This document shows, piece by piece, positions 55,703 through 63,469 of a stretch of DNA of 64,000 bases. Made by a program: the position numbers and the translations under genes. Source of the DNA: a virus (Duplodnaviria > Caudoviricetes); IMG/VR virus record IMGVR_UViG_3300021964_009400; one strand, given 5' to 3'. The notes under the pieces are model-generated. The model was not told the origin of the DNA. It ran no database searches and saw nothing but the letters and a program-made list of their open reading frames with translations. The number at the start of each line of letters is the position of its first letter. Position 1 is the first letter of the stretch.

Positions 55703-56009
55703 TATGATTGATGATTGAGAAAATAGGGTTTGATTCCCTCTCTAGTTAATCGAAAAGACCTCTCCCTTGTAGATATAGGGGGCCGTCAGTAGTGGTTGGG
55801 AGATACACCTACTATAAAAACTGAATCTCTTTTAAAAATAACGGTGTAAGTCTTTATAGGAAATGAAAGATACTCGAGCTACCGTAAATCAGCCATCGGT
55901 TAGGGGTTTCCGATGGTATCAATAGGGTGATTACTCACTCTCTCCTATCCTAAAGTGTTCGTCCGAACCACCCACTAAGTTGTATCACCCTTCTTAGTGG
56001 GTTTTTTTT
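55700..56009 (+). ncRNA. Putative ~300 nt structured non-coding RNA of unknown class
   Basis: Bounded by promoter copy 6 and an intrinsic terminator; at least 6 internal stems (e.g. CCATCGG 55893-55899 / CCGATGG 55910-55916; ACGGT 55841 / ACCGT 55881; ATAGG 55922 / CCTAT 55944); GC-richer than its flanks. Confidence 0.65.
55971..56009 (+). terminator. Rho-independent terminator
   Basis: CCCACTAAG 55971-55979 pairs with CTTAGTGGG 55993-56001, followed by T8. Confidence 0.85.
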
Positions 56010-56050
56010 ATCCAATTGTTAATAACTTTTGACGAAAATAATTCAAAAAA

Positions 56051-56092
56051 GCCATTGTAGTCTCAAAAAAAAATCGTATATTGGTGGTGTAA
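56051..56092 (+). promoter_or_regulatory. Conserved phage early promoter (copy 7)
   Basis: GCCATTGTAGTCTC; 19 nt to TATATTGG; tggTGTAA. Confidence 0.8.
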
Positions 56093-56094
56093 TA

Positions 56095-56442
56095 ATGAGT
56101 AAGAGTTTAAACATTAAAATAAATAAAAATATGAGTAAAATAATAGGTTCAGCGTTAAAAGAGTTAAAATCAGTAGGTTCGTGTATTGATATAGATTTAG
56201 GGATTGTATATCCATTAAATGAAGATAGTACTCCTGATTGGGATTCACCAATAGAATTATTAGATGATGAGGTATCCTCAGAATGGATTGCGGCCTTATC
56301 TTCTGAAGATTACCAAATATGTAAACCCTTTATAGAATCAATAGATGTAAAACAACTAGCAAATGATGTTATCAAATATGGAATATTAGAAACAAAAGAA
56401 TCAAAAGAATTAACCAATTGGATAATGAATAGAAATATGTAA
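56095..56442 (+). CDS. Hypothetical early protein
   Basis: ATG 56095 or 56131 after promoter copy 7; the tracked start 56029 overlaps the promoter. Confidence 0.6.
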   Translation: MSKSLNIKINKNMSKIIGSALKELKSVGSCIDIDLGIVYPLNEDSTPDWDSPIELLDDEVSSEWIAALSSEDYQICKPFIESIDVKQLANDVIKYGILETKESKELTNWIMNRNM

Positions 56443-56457
56443 ACCCTTTATAGAATC
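56315..56457 (+). repeat. 25 bp direct repeat
   Basis: AAATATGTAAACCCTTTATAGAATC at 56315-56339 and 56433-56457. Confidence 0.85.
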
Positions 56458-56462
56458 GTAAT

Positions 56463-56651
56463 ATGTACACAAACGAAAGATTAGAACAACATTATCATAA
56501 TGAAGCCCGTACCTTTATGGAACTTCTTGATATGAAGTATAAAATGCGGAATAGAATTTCACTTGATGAGTACCTTATAGAGTATAAGGATATACTAAGT
56601 AATAAAGAAAAAGAAAGAGGAGAAGTTCTGATAAACTTAATTACCAACTAA
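56463..56651 (+). CDS. Hypothetical protein
   Basis: ORF track. Confidence 0.55.
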   Translation: MYTNERLEQHYHNEARTFMELLDMKYKMRNRISLDEYLIEYKDILSNKEKERGEVLINLITN

Positions 56652-56728
56652 AAAAGATTGCGGGTAGATGTAGTAATACCTATATAGACCCATACACTAT
56701 AAACACTAATACTAATAACAAACACTAT

Positions 56729-56971
56729 ATGGAAGGAACAATATTTAAACACAGAAATTGTATAATAGAAAAAACACCTACTAACACTATACCAGATATG
56801 GTGACGATAACCAAGACACCTAAACTAAGAGAAGATTTCTTAGGTAAAAGATACATCAACTTAGAAGCGGCCTTTAAACAAATAGAGTTGTTCGAAGATA
56901 TGAGGTTGATAAGAAGTAAGGAGAAATATGTAAAAGCACAACTAATTGATGTTGTGGTAGTGGAAGAGTAG
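56729..56971 (+). CDS. Hypothetical protein
   Basis: ORF track; A-rich leader. Confidence 0.65.
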   Translation: MEGTIFKHRNCIIEKTPTNTIPDMVTITKTPKLREDFLGKRYINLEAAFKQIELFEDMRLIRSKEKYVKAQLIDVVVVEE

Positions 56972-57164
56972 TGGAGGTTTCTTGTAACTGAGCAGGTCGC
57001 AGGTCATGTAGTTGAGCTCGGAGTGGTTTTTTTATCGAGGTTGACTTTTTACCCTATGGAAAAAACACCCTATACTAACCCTATGGTTAGGTTGCTCTAT
57101 CACATTGTAGACCTGCACACTTAAGGTAGGGAGTACGAGGTTTAAAATTTAAAATAAAAATTAT

Positions 57165-57356
57165 ATGTTAATAATAAAAAGAAAAAAGGGCGAAGATATG
57201 GATAAGATGTTAAAGAGATATAAATCTAAAGTTAAAAGGACAAAACTTATTGAGGAAGTTAGGGGTAGAACGAATTATACTAAGAAGAGTGTTAAGAAAA
57301 GAAAATTACTGAATAAGGGGAAGTGGATTCAGTCTATCGTTAGTAGTATGGAGTAG
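57165..57356 (+). CDS. rpsU: Ribosomal protein bS21
   Basis: MLII...GEDMDKMLKRYKSK...RGRTNYTKKSVKKR...KWIQ, colinear with Bacteroidota bS21. Confidence 0.85.
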   Translation: MLIIKRKKGEDMDKMLKRYKSKVKRTKLIEEVRGRTNYTKKSVKKRKLLNKGKWIQSIVSSME

Positions 57357-57553
57357 TTTTATATAGGTATTACTATATACACTATATGGGTCTATATTAT
57401 TATTGTTACCGATAATGTGTTTTAATCGAGGTTATGAATTTTATGAGAAACTTGATTTTATGGATAAAAGTTATCCTTATCAGATTACCTAAAGAAATAT
57501 GGTATCAGATAGAACAACTATATTATGATGAAAAACTTAAAAAAAATTAAATT

Positions 57554-57748
57554 ATGACTGTATTAATATTTCTATTGGGTAGTATTGTATTTATCTTATT
57601 CATAACTTCATTTACATCAGAAGTTAAAAAACTTGAAGATATCGATTATGAGAACTACTATGAAAGACATTCTATACAAAGAAAGAAGAATCCTAAAACA
57701 AAGAAAGGTTCACAAAGTAGAATGAAAAATTACAATTGGAAAAAATAA
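57554..57748 (+). CDS. Small membrane-anchored protein
   Basis: N-terminal TM, basic tail. Confidence 0.55.
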   Translation: MTVLIFLLGSIVFILFITSFTSEVKKLEDIDYENYYERHSIQRKKNPKTKKGSQSRMKNYNWKK

Positions 57749-58470
57749 AATTTTTGGAAAAAAATAAAATATATAACGAAGATTGTTTGGTTACACTATC
57801 AAAGATGGAAGATAATTCTATTGATTTAATTGTAACATCACCTCCTTATAATAAAGGTCATTGGTTGAGAAACAAATCAAAAACCAATGGTTGGATTAGA
57901 ACTATTGAATACGAAAGTTTCAATGATGATTTATCACATGAAGAATATGTTGATTGGCAGAAAAAAGTGATTAGTGAGTGTTTAAGAGTTTTAAAACCAA
58001 CCGGTTCTTTATTCTACAATCACATAGATATAATGAATAATCATATAACCATACATCCAACTTGGGTATATGAGTTTCCACTTAAACAAGTAATCATTTG
58101 GGATAAGTGTGGAACTCCAAAGATTGACAAGTCTTATTTCATGCCATTTACAGAGTGGATATTTTGGATTAAGAAAGAAAAAGATTCTATACCTTACTTT
58201 GATAGAAGTAATGCACTTTTTAAAAAGAACATTTGGTCAATACCAAGAAGTCAAGAATCAAACCACCCAGCTCCATTTGCAGAAAAGATGGTAGAAAATG
58301 TAGTTTTATCTTGTAGTAAAGAAGGTGATGTAGTTTATGACCCATTCATGGGTAGTGGAACAACTTACAAAGTGAGTAGAAAACACAACCGAAATGTAAT
58401 CGGTAGTGAGATTAGTGAAGAATATACTAAACTTGGTGAAAGTAAAGTAAATAAACACAAGTTTTTTTAA
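57736..58470 (+). CDS. Orphan DNA methyltransferase (N4-C/N6-A, beta class)
   Basis: DLIVTSPPY, HPAPF, VYDPFMGSGTT. Confidence 0.9.
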   Translation: MEKIKFLEKNKIYNEDCLVTLSKMEDNSIDLIVTSPPYNKGHWLRNKSKTNGWIRTIEYESFNDDLSHEEYVDWQKKVISECLRVLKPTGSLFYNHIDIMNNHITIHPTWVYEFPLKQVIIWDKCGTPKIDKSYFMPFTEWIFWIKKEKDSIPYFDRSNALFKKNIWSIPRSQESNHPAPFAEKMVENVVLSCSKEGDVVYDPFMGSGTTYKVSRKHNRNVIGSEISEEYTKLGESKVNKHKFF

Positions 58471-59238
58471 TGGAAATAAATAAAATTATGAATAAAATAT
58501 ATAACGAAGATTGTTTAGAAACTATGAAGAAAATGGAGGACAACTCTATTGACTTGGTAGTTACATCCCCTCCATATTATAATGCTCGTGAATATGTTGA
58601 ATATAAAGATGTTGATGACTATATGAATAAAATGAAAACCATATTTTCATCATTATACAATAAGGTAAAGGAAAGTAGAATGGTGGTGGTAAATATATCA
58701 CCTGTATTAGTTCCAAGAGAAAATAGAAACTCACAAAGTTATAGAATACCACTTCCTTTTTATTTTGTTCCTATGATGGAAGAAATCGGATATGAGTTTT
58801 TAGAAGATATAATATGGGAAAAACCAAGTGGGGGCAGTTCCAAATAGAAATGGTGGATTTTTTCAACATAGAAAACCATTGGCATATAAACCAAATATAG
58901 TAACTGAATATGTATTGGTATTTAAGAAAAAATCAGATAAACTAATAGACCACTTCTTAAAAGACGAACCAATAGAAGGTGAGTATGAGAAAACTAATAT
59001 TTGGAGAATACAACCAGAAACAAAAGTAAAACATCTTGCACCTTATCCACAAAAGTTGGTAGAAAATATAATAAAATACTATTCCTATAAAAATGAGTTA
59101 GTGTATGACCCTTTTATGGGTAGTGGGACAACAGCTATTGTTTGTGAAAAACTTAATAGAAACTTTGTTGGTAGTGAAATACATAAAGAATATGTAGAAC
59201 TATCATATAGTAGATTGGTAAAAACTGGAAATAAATAA
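58470..59238 (+). pseudogene. Second N4/N6 DNA methyltransferase split by a +1 frameshift in a G5 run
   Basis: ORF 58470..58847 carries VTSPPY; ORF 58828..59238 carries HLAPY and DPFMGSGTT; removing one G from GGGGG 58830-58834 restores WEKPSGAVPNR. Confidence 0.8.
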
Positions 59239-59576
59239 AATTATAAATTATGTTTAAACATTGGTTATCAGAAGAAGATAAAAAAATAGATAAAGAAAAT
59301 GGAATTAATAGGAGACCTGATTTAGGGTGTTTTATTATTATACTCGGCACTATACTATTTTGGTGTGGGGTATTCTGGACTATTACAATAATAGAAATTT
59401 AAATTAAATACTATGATAGAAATTAGAGAAGATGATTACTACTCATTTTGTGCTGATGTAGATACATTACTTTACAATATGGGAATTGGTTCAAGAATAA
59501 ATCCTTTATTTGCATGGGATATGTTATGTGAAACTGCTAAAAAAGATATGAAAGAATAATTAATAAATAAGAAAAT

Positions 59577-59927
59577 ATGGAATTAAGTGATGAAACAATT
59601 ATAAACCTATTAGCAATAGGTACATTAATATTTGCGGTATTATTAAGTATAGTAATTAGAAATACAAAAATACACAAGGTACTAACTTTTATCTTCTACC
59701 CTTTAATAAAACTCAAAGATTTTTTAGATGGAAACTATTGGGCAGATAAGATAGGTGAAAAGAGTGGAGCATATGAAAAGGCAAGAAACTCTAAATTTAG
59801 AAAATGGGTGGATAGTTTAGAAGGTTGGAAATGGTGGACATGGCAAATAGTTGGTGGTATTGTATTTATTATTGTTTTGGAAACTATTCTAAATTTAATA
59901 GGTTTAACTATGTTACCTTGGAAATAA
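59577..59927 (+). CDS. Two-TM membrane protein
   Basis: Hydrophobic N- and C-terminal segments. Confidence 0.6.
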   Translation: MELSDETIINLLAIGTLIFAVLLSIVIRNTKIHKVLTFIFYPLIKLKDFLDGNYWADKIGEKSGAYEKARNSKFRKWVDSLEGWKWWTWQIVGGIVFIIVLETILNLIGLTMLPWK

Positions 59928-60130
59928 AAAAACAATTAAAAAAAAAGATATGAAAAATTACTTAAAGGTTATTTACCTTATTTCAACAATTGCCATTATT
60001 ATTAGTATTGGTATAAGATTAACAACAGATAAAGATATTGTTTGGCCAGTAATAGCATTACTTTGGTGTGTAAATGCAGCTCAAAGTGATTATAAACTTA
60101 CAAATAAAAAAGATTGTAAATGTAACTAAT

Positions 60131-60352
60131 ATGTACAACAACGCAACTTTTGTAGATAAAGAACAATTAAAACATCTTAAAAAATTAGATTCGTGGTTAG
60201 CAGATAATATGTACGAATTTGGAGAAGATGTTGTCAGTAAAGTTAGAGAGTTAATTACAAAGATTGAACAAAAGGGATATTACTATGAATCAGAAGCAGA
60301 ACTTTTAAATATGTTTGCTAATGAATATAATATTCAAAAAAGAAAAAAATGA
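60131..60352 (+). CDS. Hypothetical protein (small helical paralog family)
   Basis: VRELITKIEQKGYYYESEAELLN; ATG 60131 in frame with the tracked 60074. Confidence 0.6.
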   Translation: MYNNATFVDKEQLKHLKKLDSWLADNMYEFGEDVVSKVRELITKIEQKGYYYESEAELLNMFANEYNIQKRKK

Positions 60353-60477
60353 AAACTCCTTCACAAATAGAAGATGAAAAAATAACACTAGGTATTGTAG
60401 GTTGTATGATTCCCTTGTTGCTATTAGGATGTTTATTCGCATATTTATTTGTCAAGATTATAACTGAATGGTAACAG

Positions 60478-60705
60478 ATGGTATTAAACAAATATAAATT
60501 TGAAGATGAACATTATCTTCTGTTAAGTAAACTACAAAAGTGGACTGCAGAAAAAATGACTGCATTCGATGATATATACTATCAATCAGAATGTATGAAT
60601 ACTATAAACAAATTAACTAAACTTAAACAAAAACAATTTTATACATTCGAAGAAAAAATTTGGTTAAACCAAATAAGAAGTCAGTATATTGTTGATAAGT
60701 GTTAA
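60478..60705 (+). CDS. Hypothetical protein (small helical paralog family)
   Basis: LTKLKQKQFYTFEEKIWLNQIRSQY. Confidence 0.55.
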   Translation: MVLNKYKFEDEHYLLLSKLQKWTAEKMTAFDDIYYQSECMNTINKLTKLKQKQFYTFEEKIWLNQIRSQYIVDKC

Positions 60706-61594
60706 AGAGATGAAAAAAAAATATTTAGTTGCCTGTGGTGATTCCTTTACTAAAGGACATATACAAGGAGAAGTTGCAAGTTGGGCAACTTATGTTGGAC
60801 CAAAACTTGGATTAGAAACCATAAACATAGCCTGTGGTGGTATGTCAAACGATTGGATTTGTAATACAACACTTACTTGGTTAATGAAAAACAAAGAAAA
60901 AGCCAAAGAATGTGTAGTTATGATAGGCTGGTCTGAATTTGGTAGACAGTATAATATATATCAACCAATTATAGAAGGTGATTTTCCAAACACAAGATGG
61001 ACTGTAACCATATCTCCATGGGATTTTGCACCTAATTTTGTTGATATTAATGACCCACAAATCCCACAAGCCCTTAAAGAAATAGAAATAAATAAAAAAG
61101 CACTACAACCTTGGTTCGGTTCAATATCAGATGCCTTACATAAAACTTACAGGTCTATACTTTTTGTAAAAGAATATTGTGAATCTAATAATATTCCTTA
61201 TTTATTTTTCGATATGATTGATAATCAGAAGGGAATTTTTACTCCAATACCTACAGGTGATAATCAAGATGGTCAAAACTATACTATACAAGTTAGAAAT
61301 AGAACTAAGAACAATGATGATGAATGGGAATATTTAAATTGTGGTGAAGTAAGACACGACCAACTTGATTTACTTACACCTGAATTAACCGAATATTTGT
61401 GGGATAACCACTATTGTTCTATACGAGATGAAAACTCTGTATTAGGATTTTTAGAAAATTATCCAGATGAAACTCTTGGTGGACAAGAGGGTGGGTATAT
61501 GAAAGGAAATCCTGGTCACTTAAACATTGAAGGAGCAAAATGGTTATCCGAATATGTTGTAAATTGGTATAAATCGATTTATAATATTAATTAG
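60689..61594 (+). CDS. SGNH/GDSL-like protein
   Basis: ACGDSF, NIACGGMSN, IGWSEFGR, PGHLN. Confidence 0.65.
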   Translation: MLISVKEMKKKYLVACGDSFTKGHIQGEVASWATYVGPKLGLETINIACGGMSNDWICNTTLTWLMKNKEKAKECVVMIGWSEFGRQYNIYQPIIEGDFPNTRWTVTISPWDFAPNFVDINDPQIPQALKEIEINKKALQPWFGSISDALHKTYRSILFVKEYCESNNIPYLFFDMIDNQKGIFTPIPTGDNQDGQNYTIQVRNRTKNNDDEWEYLNCGEVRHDQLDLLTPELTEYLWDNHYCSIRDENSVLGFLENYPDETLGGQEGGYMKGNPGHLNIEGAKWLSEYVVNWYKSIYNIN

Positions 61595-61626
61595 ATGATA
61601 TTTATAGGTAAATAATTTACCTAACA

Positions 61627-61917
61627 ATGAGTGAAGAAAATAAAAAATTGGCTCACGAATTGTGGGCTGAAGGTTGTAACAATAGTTATGATATATTAAT
61701 GGGTGTTCATACTGAAAAATCATTATATCAAAAACTGAAAAGAGAACCTTTCATTCTCCACGATTTAACTAAACCTCTAATTGATACTGAAGTTTTGAGG
61801 GAAATGGCTAATTACTTTCAATCTCAAAAGAATCTTACCAAAACAAAAATTTTACTAAACTACATTCAACACATATTCTTGGTTGATAAACTTTTTATAT
61901 CCAATGAGAGAAATTAA
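61627..61917 (+). CDS. Hypothetical protein
   Basis: ORF track; TATTTATA 20 nt upstream. Confidence 0.6.
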   Translation: MSEENKKLAHELWAEGCNNSYDILMGVHTEKSLYQKLKREPFILHDLTKPLIDTEVLREMANYFQSQKNLTKTKILLNYIQHIFLVDKLFISNERN

Positions 61918-63115
61918 AAAATTTAAAATGGAAGAACGAGCTAATACTCACTTCCAAATATACATTACAGATAAGTTTTATTATTGTTGTAACCCTAAAG
62001 TTGCATCTTCTTGGGCATATAAAATGTTTGGTAAAGGTGAATATAAAGGTCTTGAGCATAGAGATTCGTTTGATATAGCTACTATGCAACTCAATCGACG
62101 CAATGATATTGATTATATAAAAGATGAGTTGGTACAAGAACTATATAGAGATTGGGAATCTCTATTAAATGGTAAATCTTGTAGAAAAGATTGGGTATTT
62201 GTAATCAGAAACCCAATAGAAAAAATGATTACTGGTTATATACAAGATGTTTTCTTAAAACAAACCAATAGGGAAGCTTTAGATAATCCAATATTTTTAA
62301 AACATATAAAATCAATAGGATATAATAAAGCAGAGATAGATGCATTTATACATTATTACGAAGTAACTGCGGATAATAGATTTCCAAATGTACAATCATT
62401 TGGAACGAATAATGAATTTATGCCAATGTACTATGATATAGTTAAATCAATGGTAGATATGTGGGCAGAAGATACAACAAGAGTTATTAACGAAATTAAT
62501 TACGACCATAAAGAAAGTAATCTAATGTTTATTTTAAAACTATTAACATTTCCACCAAATGGATTTGATTCATCTAAAATTCGTGTTATCGATATTGATA
62601 GACAGAACTTGGGAGCTACATTAAAAAATTTATATGGATTACAAAACATTGATACATCTAAACAACATGCAAGAGAACTTGGTTTTAAGTTTCTTGTATT
62701 CAAGTCTTTTAAAGAACATTTTCCATTAATTTATTCAATGTTAGCACACGAGGCGTTAATTTATGTAGAAATAATAAATAAGTTATATCCACACGAAATG
62801 TATAAATTAAATATTAATGAACACAAAACAATTCCACCTTATGTTTATACTGCAGAAGAATTTTTAGAATTTAATTCAATTAGTTCTGATTTGTTATATA
62901 CTATAAAGAAGGAACCTTTTTCTCTAAAAAGATTCCAAGATTATATATTATCTAGAATTGATAATTTTAAAGACCTCCAAAACGGTCAAAGATACATTCA
63001 AGAAAATGGTGGTAGGTTGAGAAATGTGTTATTGAATGCTAAACGAAAAAATAAAAATGCTAGTAGTAAAGCTTCTAAGTATATGGTTGGTAATTTTAAA
63101 GGAAAGTTTTTATAA
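61883..63115 (+). CDS. Sulfotransferase family 2-like protein
   Basis: CCNPKVASSW and FVIRNPIEKMITGY PAPS-binding motifs. Confidence 0.65.
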   Translation: MINFLYPMREIKKFKMEERANTHFQIYITDKFYYCCNPKVASSWAYKMFGKGEYKGLEHRDSFDIATMQLNRRNDIDYIKDELVQELYRDWESLLNGKSCRKDWVFVIRNPIEKMITGYIQDVFLKQTNREALDNPIFLKHIKSIGYNKAEIDAFIHYYEVTADNRFPNVQSFGTNNEFMPMYYDIVKSMVDMWAEDTTRVINEINYDHKESNLMFILKLLTFPPNGFDSSKIRVIDIDRQNLGATLKNLYGLQNIDTSKQHARELGFKFLVFKSFKEHFPLIYSMLAHEALIYVEIINKLYPHEMYKLNINEHKTIPPYVYTAEEFLEFNSISSDLLYTIKKEPFSLKRFQDYILSRIDNFKDLQNGQRYIQENGGRLRNVLLNAKRKNKNASSKASKYMVGNFKGKFL

Positions 63116-63199
63116 TTTTTAACCCCCAACCCCCTATTACTAGCTATATATACTAAGGAAAAAAGAAAACGAAAAAAAAGTTTTAAAAAGTTATTAACA

Positions 63200-63469
63200 A
63201 TGGCAGGAACAAAAGGTTTCGAGATTTACAAACATGAGTTAACAGATGAAACTAAAGGTGGTTTGATTGTTTTAGATAAGTATCTTTCAAATTATAAACT
63301 TAATGATAAACTTGATGATGAAGTTATACATAAAGTTAGAGATTTAATTTCTGATATAATAGATAGAGGTTATTATACTACTAAGGAACAATTAATCTTA
63401 AACGCTATGAGAAGTACTTATTATGATGATAAACTTTCAGATAATGTAAAAAAACAATTATCCAAATGA
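63200..63469 (+). CDS. Hypothetical protein (small helical paralog family)
   Basis: VRDLISDIIDRGYYTTKEQLILNAMRSTY. Confidence 0.6.
   Translation: MAGTKGFEIYKHELTDETKGGLIVLDKYLSNYKLNDKLDDEVIHKVRDLISDIIDRGYYTTKEQLILNAMRSTYYDDKLSDNVKKQLSK

Noticed and set aside
55717-55790. tRNA or permuted tmRNA (T-arm-like AGGG-TTTGATT-CCCT followed by GGGGGCC)
   Set aside because: Only a 4 bp T stem; no D or anticodon arm, no CCA, and GGGGGCC has no matching acceptor strand. Kept as part of the unknown ncRNA.
55700-56009. RNase P, SRP, 6S or a known riboswitch
   Set aside because: No GAGGAAAGUCC-type RNase P core, no SRP domain IV loop, and a multi-stem rather than single-rod shape; no recognisable riboswitch core. 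An Infernal search is still needed.
57736-59238. Restriction-modification system
   Set aside because: No endonuclease gene is recognisable next to the two methyltransferases; they are treated as orphan MTases.
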